This document shows positions 17,280 to 27,690 of a stretch of 64,000 bases of DNA, in pieces. Within the stretch, counting starts at the first letter, position 1, and each line of letters begins with the position of its first letter. The position numbers and the translations under genes are program-made. The notes under the pieces were generated by a model. That model searched no databases. It was given only the letters and a program-made list of their open reading frames with translations, and had not been told where the DNA came from. The DNA comes from an uncultured Chloroflexia bacterium. GTDB taxonomy: Bacteria > Chloroflexota > Limnocylindria > Limnocylindrales > CSP1-4. The stretch covers positions 70,264-134,263 of the forward strand of contig CAVYQR010000006.1 of assembly GCA_963770795.1 (NCBI GenBank), written 5' to 3'.

Positions 17280-19976
17280 ATGAATGCGCGCGTCCCCGCC
17301 ACCTCGCAGCCAATCGAGATCATCCTCCCCATCGAGGGCATGACCTGCGCGTCCTGCGTCAACCGCATCGAGCGGTTCCTCAAGAAGACGCCGGGCGTGG
17401 AGCTTGCGAACGTCAATCTCGCCACGGAGCGGGCCACCGTCGTGGTGGACCCGGGCGTGGCAGGTCGCGACGAGCTGGTCAAGGCCGTTGAGGCCGCCGG
17501 CTACGAGGTGAAGGCCGAGCCGGCCGCCGCGGCCGAGGGTGCCGCCGCGTCGCTCGAGGACGAGATCACCGCCGACGATGCCGAGCGGGAGCGCGCGCAG
17601 CGCCACACGCTTGTCCAGGCCCTCGTCTCGATTGCCGCCGCCGCCGTGTTCATGGTGTTGATGTTCACGCCCCAGACCGTGGTGGCGATGACGGAGATCA
17701 ACAAGCTGATCCTGTGGCCCGCCACGTTCATCCAGTTCTGGGCGGGCGGCCGCTTCTACCGCGCGGCCTGGCGGGCCGGCAGGCACGGCGGCGCCACGAT
17801 GGACACGCTCGTCGTGGTCGGCACCACCGCGGCTTGGGCGTACAGCGTCTTCGTCACGATGTGGCCGGAGATCGTGCACCAGGCCGGCCTCCACCCCGAG
17901 ACGTACTTCGACTCCGCGACGGTCATCCTCGGCCTGATCCTGCTCGGCAAGTGGCTCGAGACCCGCGCGAAGGGCAACACGACCGGGGCCATCCGCCGTC
18001 TCGTCGGCCTCCAGGCGACGACGGCGCGCCGCATCCGCGACGGCGTCGAGGGGGACATCCCGCTCGCGGACGTCATCGCCGGTGACCTGCTCCGCGTTCG
18101 CCCGGGCGACAAGGTGCCGGTGGACGGCGTCGTGGTCGAGGGCATCTCCGCGATCGACGAGTCCATGCTCACCGGCGAGCCGATCCCGTCCACCAAGCAG
18201 GCGGGCGACGAGGTCATCGGTGCCACGCTCAACACCACGGGCTCGTTCGTCATGCGCGCCACGCGCGTCGGCCGGGACACGGCCCTCGCCCGGATCGTGG
18301 AGCTGGTCCAGCGTGCGCAGGGCTCCAAGGCCCCGATCCAGCGCATGGCCGACCGGATCAGCGAGGTCTTCGTCCCGGCGGTCCTTCTCACGGCGGCCGC
18401 CACCTTCCTCGTCTGGTTCGTGGCCGGGCCGGAACCGCGCCTGACGCTCGCGCTGACCGCGTTCATCGGGGTCGTGATCATCGCCTGCCCGTGCGCCATG
18501 GGTCTCGCCACGCCGACGGCGATCATGGTCGGCACGGGCAAGGGCGCCGAGGTGGGGATCCTCGTCCGCGGCGGCGAGGCACTGGAGGCGGCCGGCCGGA
18601 TCGACACGGTGGTCATGGACAAGACGGGGACGCTGACGCTGGGCAAGCCGGCGGTCACGGCGATCATCGCTGCGGAGGGCCTCACGGCGGATCGGGTCCT
18701 GGACCTGGCGGCTTCGCTGGAGACCGGCTCGGAGCACCCGCTGGGCGAGGCGATCGTGCGCAAGGCCCGCGAGACGGAGCTGGGCTTCGCGAAGGCGGAG
18801 GCGTTCGAGGCGATCGTGGGACGGGGAGTGCTCGGGCGGATCGATGGCGCCGAGGTGGTCGCCGGCTCCCGACGCATGATGGCGGAGCGCGGCGTGGACC
18901 TGGGCCCCCTCGAGGCGGCAGCCGATGCGGTTGCAGCCGAGGGCGGGACGGTCGTGTTCGTGGCCCTGGACGGGGCGGCGGCCGGTCTCGTGGCCATCTC
19001 GGACCCGGTCAAGGGTGAATCCGCCGAGGCCGTGCGGGACCTCCGGGCCGCGGGCCTGGATGTGTGGCTGCTCACGGGCGACGCGCAAGTCACGGCCGAG
19101 GCGGTCGCACGACAGGTGGGGATTGCCGCGGACCACGTGATCGCGGAGGTGCTGCCCGGGGACAAGGACGCGATGATCGAGCGCCTGCAGGCGGAAGGTC
19201 ACCGGGTGGCGATGGTCGGCGACGGCATCAACGACGCCCCGGCTCTGGCCCGTGCGGACCTGGGCGTGGCAATCGGGACGGGCGCGGACGTGGCGATCGA
19301 GGCGTCCGACGTCACGCTGGTGGGCGGCGATCCGCGGCTGGTCGGCTCGGCCATCGCCCTGTCGCGGGCAACGATCCGCATCATCCGCCAGAACCTGTTC
19401 TGGGCGTTCGCCTACAACGTGCTGCTGATCCCGATCGCGATGGGGGTCCTGTACCCGGCCTTCGGGATCACGCTCAACCCCGCCCTCGCCGCGGGCGCGA
19501 TGGCGCTGTCGTCGGTCAGCGTGGTGACGAACTCGCTGCGGCTGCGCAAGGTGGACGTCCGGCCCGGGCATGTCACGCAGCAGCGGCGCGGGCCGCTGGG
19601 CGTGGTGCGGGACGGAGCCTTCCTGGTCGTCGTGGGCCTCGTAGGGCTCACGCTCGCCGGTGGCGTGCTGGCGGCGGACCGGGCGGTCGATGCGTCCTTG
19701 CCGCACGTGGTCGTCACGGTGCGCGACGGCGTGCTCACACCGGCAGCGATCACGGTGAGGGCGGGCGAATGGACCGTCATCGAGCTGGCGAACGAGGACA
19801 ACGTCGTCCGTGACTGGATGATCGACGGCGTGCCGAACCTGGACATCGTCGCGAGGCCCGGTCAGACGGCCCGGCTGCGGTTCGTGCTGGACACGCCCGG
19901 CGAGTACACGATCTCCGGCGGCTCCGCGATGGGCACCGGCGCCGGGTCCGGCACGCTGGTGGTCGAGACGCGCTGA
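17280..19976 (+). CDS. copA: Cu(I)-type P1B ATPase with N-terminal HMA domain and C-terminal extra TM plus cupredoxin-like domain
   Basis: [35 protein letters not shown] and MALSS motifs. Start ATG 17280; the ORF-track start 15936 is an over-extension. Confidence 0.92.
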   Translation: MNARVPATSQPIEIILPIEGMTCASCVNRIERFLKKTPGVELANVNLATERATVVVDPGVAGRDELVKAVEAAGYEVKAEPAAAAEGAAASLEDEITADDAERERAQRHTLVQALVSIAAAAVFMVLMFTPQTVVAMTEINKLILWPATFIQFWAGGRFYRAAWRAGRHGGATMDTLVVVGTTAAWAYSVFVTMWPEIVHQAGLHPETYFDSATVILGLILLGKWLETRAKGNTTGAIRRLVGLQATTARRIRDGVEGDIPLADVIAGDLLRVRPGDKVPVDGVVVEGISAIDESMLTGEPIPSTKQAGDEVIGATLNTTGSFVMRATRVGRDTALARIVELVQRAQGSKAPIQRMADRISEVFVPAVLLTAAATFLVWFVAGPEPRLTLALTAFIGVVIIACPCAMGLATPTAIMVGTGKGAEVGILVRGGEALEAAGRIDTVVMDKTGTLTLGKPAVTAIIAAEGLTADRVLDLAASLETGSEHPLGEAIVRKARETELGFAKAEAFEAIVGRGVLGRIDGAEVVAGSRRMMAERGVDLGPLEAAADAVAAEGGTVVFVALDGAAAGLVAISDPVKGESAEAVRDLRAAGLDVWLLTGDAQVTAEAVARQVGIAADHVIAEVLPGDKDAMIERLQAEGHRVAMVGDGINDAPALARADLGVAIGTGADVAIEASDVTLVGGDPRLVGSAIALSRATIRIIRQNLFWAFAYNVLLIPIAMGVLYPAFGITLNPALAAGAMALSSVSVVTNSLRLRKVDVRPGHVTQQRRGPLGVVRDGAFLVVVGLVGLTLAGGVLAADRAVDASLPHVVVTVRDGVLTPAAITVRAGEWTVIELANEDNVVRDWMIDGVPNLDIVARPGQTARLRFVLDTPGEYTISGGSAMGTGAGSGTLVVETR

Positions 19977-20131
19977 CGGCGCCGATCTCCAGGTCCCAGC
20001 CCACCGGTCTGCCTGTTCGGGCAGCCGCGCTGCCCCGTCAGCCGTGGACTCCAGCACGCCGCCACGCGACCCTGAGGCTGGCGACGCACGCGCCGTGTGG
20101 GGGCTGCGCGCCATCGACAGCGAGGCCGACC

Positions 20132-21076
20132 GTGTCGGAACCCCAGCACGCCGCCCCGGCGCCCGCGCGCGACGTCTCGCCCGGCCTGGACCGGGGCGGG
20201 GCGTCCCAGACGGGCGCGTCGGACGCCCCGGCGTACGTCCAGGCGCTCCTTGACCTGCAGGCGACCGCCGGCAACCGTGCCGTGCTGCAGCTGCTGGGCA
20301 GGGACACGGGCGCCGGCCAGGCTCCGCCCCAGTTCGCTCCGCCGCCCGGCACCCTCGCCCTCAACTCGGGTTCCTGGAGGTTCGGCAGGCACCCCGCCTT
20401 CCCGGCCTCTATGGGCCAGACCTGGTACGCCCACAACGACATCGGCATGTGGCCCTCGTTCAACCTCGACTACAGCCGCAGCTTCATCCCGCCGTTCGAC
20501 GTTCAGGCGAGGCCCAGGACCACGGATGCGGTCGGGGCCGCGTGGCCGGTGCTGGCCACGCCCGAGAGCGAGGCCGGCTACAAGATGCCGAGCGAGCACC
20601 CGGAGCACCCCGGGCTCGACTACTACATCCGGGTCAGCGGGACCGCCGCCAACAACATCGCAGCGGCAGAGGGGCAGCACGTCAACGACCTCGACGAGGG
20701 CTGGAGCCTCACCGGTCTCGCGGCCCGACGGGCGATCAACCAGGCGGCCGGCGCGGACTGGTCGGAGGGCGATGACGTGGCCGAGGCGAAGGCCGCCGCG
20801 ATCGAGAAGGTCGTGGGTTCCATGGGCGGGCTCGGGGGCAAGGTCAAGAGCAACCTGGAGAGTGGAGGCAGCCTGGAGCCCTCGCTCGGTCCGATGATGG
20901 ACAAGTCGTTCACGCAGTCCAGATCAGAGCGCGACGACAGTGGCGGGCACACCATCCCGGTCGTTTACGTGACCAAGGACCCCGACAACACGAAGGTGCT
21001 CTACGAGGCCGACCCGAACAAGGCGCCCGAGCCGCTCGCGACGTCAGGCGTGATCAACCTCGGCACGATCGGGTAG
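20132..21076 (+). CDS. Hypothetical protein with N-terminal LQxxAGNxAV motif
   Basis: ALLDLQATAGNRAVLQLL; remainder unrecognised; codon usage fits a real gene. Confidence 0.7.
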   Translation: MSEPQHAAPAPARDVSPGLDRGGASQTGASDAPAYVQALLDLQATAGNRAVLQLLGRDTGAGQAPPQFAPPPGTLALNSGSWRFGRHPAFPASMGQTWYAHNDIGMWPSFNLDYSRSFIPPFDVQARPRTTDAVGAAWPVLATPESEAGYKMPSEHPEHPGLDYYIRVSGTAANNIAAAEGQHVNDLDEGWSLTGLAARRAINQAAGADWSEGDDVAEAKAAAIEKVVGSMGGLGGKVKSNLESGGSLEPSLGPMMDKSFTQSRSERDDSGGHTIPVVYVTKDPDNTKVLYEADPNKAPEPLATSGVINLGTIG

Positions 21077-21125
21077 GGGCGACGAGCCGCCGGGTCCGCG
21101 GCGCCCATGCGCGTACACTGCGCCC

Positions 21126-21656
21126 GTGACCGACGCCCCGCTCGAGCCCCGCCCTGGCGCCCCGGTCCGCTCGCGCATCGAGGTCCCGGCGGACCCACGC
21201 GACCTGGCCGGGGGGTTCCGGCACCGCTATGTCGTGCAGACGCGGTTCGGGGACACGGACGCGATGGGCCACATCAACAACTCGCGGTTCCTCACCTTCT
21301 GCGAGTCGGCGCGGATCGCGTACTGGGAGACGGCGACGGGTGAGCCCTTCGGCCTCGTGACCCATGGCGCCGAAGAGTCGCTGATCCTGGCCGACGTGCG
21401 GGTGGCGTTCCGGTCCCCCTCGTACTTCGGCGAGGTGCTGACCGTGGAATCGCGGCTGGCGAGGATCGGGCGGACCTCGTTCACCGTGGAGCACCGGATC
21501 ACGGCCGCAGCGTCGGCACGGGGCCGGGCGCGACTGGTGGCGACCGCCGAGGACGTCCTGGTGCTCTACGACTACGCGACGGAGCGCCCGCGAGTCATCC
21601 CGGACGACGTGGTCGTGCGCCTCGAGGCCTACGAAGGACGACTGCTCCGCGCCTGA
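21126..21656 (+). CDS. Acyl-CoA thioesterase (4HBT/hot-dog fold)
   Basis: TRFGDTDAMGHINNSRFLTFCESAR; RIGRTSF. Confidence 0.88.
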   Translation: MTDAPLEPRPGAPVRSRIEVPADPRDLAGGFRHRYVVQTRFGDTDAMGHINNSRFLTFCESARIAYWETATGEPFGLVTHGAEESLILADVRVAFRSPSYFGEVLTVESRLARIGRTSFTVEHRITAAASARGRARLVATAEDVLVLYDYATERPRVIPDDVVVRLEAYEGRLLRA

Positions 21657-21679
21657 GCGTGCACCGGCTCCTCCGCGGG

Positions 21680-22945
21680 CTATGCCTCGAAGCGCCGGAA
21701 GATCGTCACCGCGTTCTGGCCGCCGAAGCCGAAGCCGTTGATCGCCACGGTGTCCACCTTGGCCTTGCGCGCGACGAGCGGCACGTAGTCCAGGTCGCAC
21801 TCGGGGTCCGGCGTGTGGAGGTTGGCGGTAGGGGAGATGATCCCGTCGCGGATCCCGCCGAGGGCGGCCAGGGCGGACGCGATCCCCGCCGCGCCCACCA
21901 GGTGGCCGATCATCGACTTGGGCGAGGAAATCGCCCGCGAGGCCGCCGCGGACCCGTAGGCCGTCTTGATCGCCCGGGTCTCCGTCGAGTCGTTGAGCGA
22001 CGTGGACGTCCCGTGGGCCACGATCCAGTCGATCTCGTCGGGCGCCACGCCGGCATTGTGCATGGCCTTGGTCATCGCGCGGGCCTGGCCGCGGCCGGTG
22101 GGGTCCGGCGCGGAGACGTGGAACGCGTCCGCGGTGAGCGCCCCGCCCAGGATCTCCGCGATCGGCGTGGCGCCACGGGCAAGCGCATGCTCCGCCGATT
22201 CCACCACCACGACGCCCGCTCCCTCGCCCAGCACGAAGCCGTCGCGCGTTGTATCGAACGGCCGCGAGGCCGTCTCCGGAGAGTCGTTGCGCTTGGACAG
22301 CGCCGTCATGTTGGACAGGGCGGCGATGCCCATCGGCCAGACGGGCGCCTCCGAGCCGCCCGTGAGGACGACGTCACATTCGCCGGTCTCGATCAGCCGC
22401 AGCGCATCGTGGAAGGCGATGACGGAGGAGGCGCATGCGGCGACCTGGGCCATGACCGGTCCCGTGAGCCCGAACTCCATCGACAGCATGCAGGCCGCCA
22501 TCGACGGCGAGAGCGCCGGAACGGCGAACGCGGACACGAAGCGGGGACCCTTGGTGTCGTGGACGTGCGTGCCATCGATGATCGACTCGATGCCGCCACC
22601 GCCCGTGTTGATGACCACGCCGACGCGGTCCCGCTCCGCCGGCGTCATCGCAGCAAAGTCGATCCCCGATGCAGCGACCGCCTCCTTGCCTGCGCCCATG
22701 GCGAGGTGGATATAGCGGGTCATCCGCCGCGCCATCTTGGGGTCCATGTACCGGCCCGGATCGAAGTCGAGCACCTCTGCCGCGATCCGGACCTCGAACG
22801 CGCTCGCGTCGAAGGAGCGGATCAGACGCGTGCCCGTGACGGCCGCCTGGAGGTTCCTCCAGTACGTCTCGAAGTCGTTGCCGATCGGCATGACCGCGCC
22901 GAGGCCGGTGATGACGGCACGGCGCGCAAGGTCGGTCGAGGGCAC
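21680..22945 (-). CDS. fabF: Beta-ketoacyl-ACP synthase II, second copy
   Basis: Catalytic Cys (AACASS), His (AHGTST), His (GHLVGAAG); NGFGFGG. Confidence 0.92.
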   Translation of the reverse strand: MPSTDLARRAVITGLGAVMPIGNDFETYWRNLQAAVTGTRLIRSFDASAFEVRIAAEVLDFDPGRYMDPKMARRMTRYIHLAMGAGKEAVAASGIDFAAMTPAERDRVGVVINTGGGGIESIIDGTHVHDTKGPRFVSAFAVPALSPSMAACMLSMEFGLTGPVMAQVAACASSVIAFHDALRLIETGECDVVLTGGSEAPVWPMGIAALSNMTALSKRNDSPETASRPFDTTRDGFVLGEGAGVVVVESAEHALARGATPIAEILGGALTADAFHVSAPDPTGRGQARAMTKAMHNAGVAPDEIDWIVAHGTSTSLNDSTETRAIKTAYGSAAASRAISSPKSMIGHLVGAAGIASALAALGGIRDGIISPTANLHTPDPECDLDYVPLVARKAKVDTVAINGFGFGGQNAVTIFRRFEA

Positions 22946-22993
22946 GAATCACACCTTCCTGGTGGGGGAGACGGGCGGTGCTGGCTGGGCAGG

Positions 22994-22999
22994 ATTGTA
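22994..22999 (-). promoter_or_regulatory. TACAAT -10 element: internal promoter for the second fabF
   Basis: TACAAT follows a hairpin (AGCGGTCGC...GCGACCGCT) after the first fabF stop; AGGAAGG RBS before the GTG start. Confidence 0.5.
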
Positions 23000-23085
23000 G
23001 CGGTCGCTCCGACGCGGACCCCTGGGCGTCGCGCGGCGACCGCTGGTCATCGCCCGGCAACCCGGCCGCCCCTCCCTCCGGCGTG

Positions 23086-24360
23086 TCAGCGGCCGTCCCA
23101 GCGCTTGAAGATGATCGCGGCGTTGTGCCCGCCCAGGCCGATGTTGTTCGACAGGGCGTAGCGGATCGGGCGCTGGATGACCTCGGGGGTCACCCAGACG
23201 TCGGCGTCCGGGTCGGCCTCGCGGAAGTTGATGGTCGGCGGGGCTGTCTGCTCGGCGACGGTCATGACGGTCGCAAAGGCCTCGAAGGCCCCGGCCGCGC
23301 CCATCATGTGCCCGGTCATCGACTTGGTGGCGGTCACCAGCAGCGACTCGCGGCCGCGCGAGGCCCGGTCGCCGAACACGGACCAGATCGCGTCGGCCTC
23401 GCGCTTGTCGCCGACCGGCGTAGAGGTGCCGTGCGGGTTGAGGACATCCACCTCGTCAGCCGGCACGCCGCGCCGCTGGAGCGAGAGCTTCATCGCCCGG
23501 GCGGCGCCCGTGCCGCCTTCGATGGGCTGGACCATGTCGTGGCCGTCGGCGGTGGAGCCGTAGCCCACGACCTCGGCGTAGATTCGGGCTCCGCGCGCCG
23601 TCGCCACCTCGAGGTCCTCGAGGATCAGCCCGCCCGCGCCCTCGCCCAGCACGAAGCCATCGCGCGTACGGTCGAAGGGACGGCTGGTGTCGGCGATCGG
23701 CTCGCCCGGCCGTGGGGAGCCGAGGCCGCGCATGTTGCCGAAGCCCGCGTGGGCCACCTCGAGCAGCGGCATCTCGGTGGACCCGGCGATCACCGTGTGG
23801 ACGTCGCCGCGCCGGATGAGCTCCGCGCCCTCGCCCACGCAGTTGGTGCCCGTCGAGCACGCCGTGACGACGCACAGGTTGTGGCCGATCGCTCCCGTCT
23901 CGATCGCGATCATGCCGGAGGTGGAATCCACGAGGCCGTTGGCGATGAACGTGGGCGCGACCCGCCCCGGGCCTTTCTCCCGGAGGATGTGCCAGTTGTC
24001 GATCATGAGCTGCTGGCCGCCGGCGCCGGAACCGAAGATGACCCCCACGTCCTCGCGGTTGGCGTCAGTGATCTCCAGGCCGGCGTCGGCGATGGCCTGC
24101 TTCGCCGCCGCTACGCCGTACCACACAGAGGACTCGCTGCGCCGGATCGCCTTGGGATCCATCCACCGGGAGGCGTCGAAGTCGTGGACCTCACCTGCCG
24201 CCTTCTGGGCATACGGGGTGACGTCGAACTTGGTGATGATGCCCAGGCCGGAAACGCCGTTGAGCAGGTTCGACCAGGCGGTGTCCTTGTCGTTGCCCAC
24301 CGGGCTGACGACGCCGAGGCCGGTGACGACGACGCGGCGGGTGTAATCGGGCTGGCGCAC
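23086..24360 (-). CDS. fabF: Beta-ketoacyl-ACP synthase II, first copy
   Basis: TACSTG, PHGTST, GHMMGAAG; C-terminal NNIGLGGHN. RBS AAAGGAG. Confidence 0.92.
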   Translation of the reverse strand: MRQPDYTRRVVVTGLGVVSPVGNDKDTAWSNLLNGVSGLGIITKFDVTPYAQKAAGEVHDFDASRWMDPKAIRRSESSVWYGVAAAKQAIADAGLEITDANREDVGVIFGSGAGGQQLMIDNWHILREKGPGRVAPTFIANGLVDSTSGMIAIETGAIGHNLCVVTACSTGTNCVGEGAELIRRGDVHTVIAGSTEMPLLEVAHAGFGNMRGLGSPRPGEPIADTSRPFDRTRDGFVLGEGAGGLILEDLEVATARGARIYAEVVGYGSTADGHDMVQPIEGGTGAARAMKLSLQRRGVPADEVDVLNPHGTSTPVGDKREADAIWSVFGDRASRGRESLLVTATKSMTGHMMGAAGAFEAFATVMTVAEQTAPPTINFREADPDADVWVTPEVIQRPIRYALSNNIGLGGHNAAIIFKRWDGR

Positions 24361-24465
24361 GGGGCTCCTTTGTAGGATCTCTGTTCGTGGTTCGGGCGGT
24401 GTGGAATGGCTTGGGTCTGGATCCGAGGGTGGTCGCCGGGCGCTCTGGTGCCCGTCAGGCGTAGC

Positions 24466-25443
24466 TCAGGCGCCTTCGACGGCGGCCGTATCGGCGAAGG
24501 GGATCGACAGACGGTCGCCCGCCGCCGGATCGTCGAGCGCGAGCGTGACGACATCTGGCGCGATGCGGCGGATCAGGCCGGTGAGCACGCGGCCGGGCCC
24601 GATCTCGATGAACGTGGTGACCCCGCGGGAGTGCATCGCCCTTACCGCGCCGACCCAGTCGACGCCGGTGGTCAGGTGATCCACGAGCTCCGCCCGGCAG
24701 CCGTCCGCGGTGGTGACGAGGCGGGCATCCGCGTTGGCAAGGAGCGCGGGTTTCGGGTCCCGGAAGGTGATGCCGCCCAGGACCGTGCGCATGCCGTCGG
24801 CCGCATCGGCCATGAGCGGGGAGTGGGCGGCGACGGAGACCGGCAGCTCGATGGCGCGCTTGGCGCCGAGGGTCTTCGCGATGGCGATGGCGGCCTCCAC
24901 GGCCGCACGCTCGCCGGAGACCACCACCTGCCCGGGCGAGTTCCGGTTGGCGACGCCGAAGATGCCGTGCGCGGACGCCTGTGCGACGAGGTCCGGGATC
25001 CTCGCGTCATCGAGGCCGATGATCGCGGCCATGCGGCCTTCGCGGCCGGCGCCGGATGCCTGCATCAACTGGCCGCGGGTGCGGACGAGGCGGACCGCGT
25101 CCGCGAGATCGAGGGCGCCCGCGGCGACGAGCGCCGTGTACTGGCCCATCGAGTGGCCTGCGGCGAAGGCCGGGTCCGGGATGTCCACCGAGAGCGCGTT
25201 CCAGCGCTCGCGGACGGCCTCCAGGTAGGCGATCGAGGCGGCGAGCAGCGCCGGCTGGGCGTTCTCGGTCCGGTTGAGCTCATCCTCGGGGCCCTCCCAC
25301 GCGAGGCGTGAGATGGGCTCGCCCAGGGCCTGGTCGGCGGTCCGGAAGACGGCGGCGGCGGCGGGCGAGGTCTCGGCGAGGGCGCGGGCCATGCCGACGA
25401 ACTGGCTGCCCTGGCCGGGAAAGACAAAGGCGATCTGGTGCAT
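24466..25443 (-). CDS. fabD: Malonyl-CoA:ACP transacylase
   Basis: FVFPGQGSQ, AQPAL, GHSMG, ANRNSPGQ.V, VSVAAHSPLM, EIGPG. Start ATG 25443. Confidence 0.95.
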   Translation of the reverse strand: MHQIAFVFPGQGSQFVGMARALAETSPAAAAVFRTADQALGEPISRLAWEGPEDELNRTENAQPALLAASIAYLEAVRERWNALSVDIPDPAFAAGHSMGQYTALVAAGALDLADAVRLVRTRGQLMQASGAGREGRMAAIIGLDDARIPDLVAQASAHGIFGVANRNSPGQVVVSGERAAVEAAIAIAKTLGAKRAIELPVSVAAHSPLMADAADGMRTVLGGITFRDPKPALLANADARLVTTADGCRAELVDHLTTGVDWVGAVRAMHSRGVTTFIEIGPGRVLTGLIRRIAPDVVTLALDDPAAGDRLSIPFADTAAVEGA

Positions 25444-25544
25444 CGACCGGAGCGTACCGGCACGGGCACAGGATCCCGGCGAAATCCGTGCACGCTTGCA
25501 GGAATATCGAGTCCCGCCTACGCTCGGGCGGTGAGAATCCACCC

Positions 25545-26204
25545 GTGACCGAACCCGAGCCGACGCCGTCACTGCCACCGCGCACCGTTCGCGTCCGGCG
25601 GCTGCGTGCGTCCGACCCCGCGGCCGGGCCGGCGCTGCCGGAGGCGCTCGTCCGCAGACGCCGCGGAGGGGCATCGGGCCGCGTCATCGCCCGCACGTTC
25701 GAGGCGGACCTCTCGGCGTCGGTCGTGGCGGCCGGGACCCGGATCCAGAACGTGCGCCAGATCTCTGAGCGGGTGGCGATGGGCCGCGCGCTGTGGCGGG
25801 AGCTGGTCGTGGGGTTCGCCTACCAGTTGGGGGAGCTGAATCTCGGCTTCACGCAACTGGCCGCCCTGTACGTGTTGGCGGAGGGTGCGACGACTACCAT
25901 CGCGGACCTGGCCGAGGCGATCGGGCGCTCGCCTTCCGCCACGTCCCGCCTGGTGGACGGGCTGGTCAAGCGGCGCCTGGTTGAGCGCCGGCGCGAGGCG
26001 GACGACGGCCGGCTGCGCTCGGTCTGGCTCACGCCGCGTGGCCAGGCGATGCTGCGGCGCGTGGACCGGGCGCGCGCGGCGCAGTTCCTGTCCGCGGTCC
26101 GACCCATGCCGCGCGGCGAGCGATCGCTGGTCGCCATGGGCGTTGCGGCCCTCGCGACGCACGCGATCAGCCGTCGGGGGCGGCTGGTGCGCGGGGGAGG
26201 CTGA
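25545..26204 (+). CDS. MarR-family transcriptional regulator with long N-terminal extension
   Basis: LGFTQLAAL...TIADLAEAIGRSPSATSRLVDGLVKRRLVERRREADDGRLRSVWLTPRG. Confidence 0.85.
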   Translation: MTEPEPTPSLPPRTVRVRRLRASDPAAGPALPEALVRRRRGGASGRVIARTFEADLSASVVAAGTRIQNVRQISERVAMGRALWRELVVGFAYQLGELNLGFTQLAALYVLAEGATTTIADLAEAIGRSPSATSRLVDGLVKRRLVERRREADDGRLRSVWLTPRGQAMLRRVDRARAAQFLSAVRPMPRGERSLVAMGVAALATHAISRRGRLVRGGG

Positions 26205-26246
26205 GCGGTCCGTGCGCTCGGCCGGGCGGATCGGCGTGAGCCGGCC

Positions 26247-27686
26247 TCAGCCGCAGTACGCGAGGACCACGTCGTAGAGGACCGGCAGGCCCCAGCGGAG
26301 CGCCTCGATGCCCACGCGCTCGTCGGTGCCGTGAAAGCGCTCCAGGAATCGCTCGCCGGGCTCCAGGCGCAGCGGCGAGAAGCCGTAGGTGGGCACGTCC
26401 AGCTTGACCGTGGACTTGGCGTCCGTGGCGAACGGCGCCATGACGGGGACGGGGATGCCATCGGGATCATGGGCACGGATGGTGGCGGCCAGGATGTCGT
26501 ACAGCTCACCGCTCGCGGGCGCCTCGACCGGCGGCGCGCCGTTCATGTGCTCCACCGTGCAGTGCGGCGCGAGGTCGCCCAGGCGGGCGATGACCTCCTC
26601 GCGCATGTCCCCCTCGGTGGTGCCGGGCAGCGTGCGGCAGTCGATCTCGATGGTGGCCACGCCCGGGATCACGTTGTACTTGAAGCCGCTGTGGATCACG
26701 TCGGGGCTGATGCTGTCACGGAGCAGGGCCCGGAGGGCGCGCGCGTACATCTCGTCGCAGAGCGCGCGTACGGCGGCATCGCTGCGGCGCGGGTCGTCGT
26801 CGCCGATCGCCCGGGCAAGCGACGCGGCATCGGGGGGAAGCGACACGGCCAACTCGTCGAGGAGGCGGCGCATCACCGGCGTGACGCGCGGCTCGCCGGG
26901 GACGGCCAGGCGGCGGACCGCCTCCGCAGCCATCACGGCGGCGTTGTCGTCGCGGGGCATGGAGCCGTGGCCCCAGGTGCCGTGGACGATGATGCGGTAC
27001 GTCTCGAAACCCTTCTCGGCCACCTGGATCGGGTAGAACCGGCGCCCGGCCAGGTCCATGGAGACGCCGCCGGCCTCGTTCAGGGCGCCGGCAGCGCGCA
27101 GCGTGTCCGGCCGGTTCTCCAGGAGCCAGCGCGCGCCGTCGGTGCCACCTGCCTCCTCGTCGGCGCTGCACGTGAACAGCACGTCCCGGCGCAGGCCGGG
27201 GATGGGGTCCCTGGTGGGATCGAGGCCGGCGGCACGGGCCCGGCGCGCCAGGAGGATCACGACCATCGTCTCCATCGCCACCATCGCCTTCATGTCGACG
27301 GTGCCGCGGCCCCAGACGTAGCCTTCCGACACGTCGGCCGCGAAGGGCGGGTGCGTCCACTCGGTGGGATCGGCCGGGACGACGTCGTGGTGCGAGAGCA
27401 GGAGGAGCGCGTCGCCGCCGGTGCCGTCGCCGCGGAGACGGACGGTGACCGTGCCGCGGCCGGGAACCGGCTCGATGATCTCGGGGTGCAGGCCCTCTGC
27501 CTCCAGCTCCGCGGCGATCCGCCGCGCGGCCTCCGACTCCGCGCCGGGCGGGTCCGGCGGGTTGATCGAGGGGATGCGGACGAGGTCCCGGAGGAAGCCG
27601 ACCAGCTGCTGGTGGGCCGAGTCCCACGTCGCGAGATCCAGTGCGGCCGACGGCAGGTCCGAGCGCGGGGCGGCCGGGACGCTCAC
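26247..27686 (-). CDS. M20/M25/M40 family metallopeptidase/aminoacylase
   Basis: LLLSHHDVVP, WGRGTVDMK, ADEEAGG, NEAGG, FHGTDER. Confidence 0.88.
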   Translation of the reverse strand: MSVPAAPRSDLPSAALDLATWDSAHQQLVGFLRDLVRIPSINPPDPPGAESEAARRIAAELEAEGLHPEIIEPVPGRGTVTVRLRGDGTGGDALLLLSHHDVVPADPTEWTHPPFAADVSEGYVWGRGTVDMKAMVAMETMVVILLARRARAAGLDPTRDPIPGLRRDVLFTCSADEEAGGTDGARWLLENRPDTLRAAGALNEAGGVSMDLAGRRFYPIQVAEKGFETYRIIVHGTWGHGSMPRDDNAAVMAAEAVRRLAVPGEPRVTPVMRRLLDELAVSLPPDAASLARAIGDDDPRRSDAAVRALCDEMYARALRALLRDSISPDVIHSGFKYNVIPGVATIEIDCRTLPGTTEGDMREEVIARLGDLAPHCTVEHMNGAPPVEAPASGELYDILAATIRAHDPDGIPVPVMAPFATDAKSTVKLDVPTYGFSPLRLEPGERFLERFHGTDERVGIEALRWGLPVLYDVVLAYCG

Positions 27687-27690
27687 GGGA

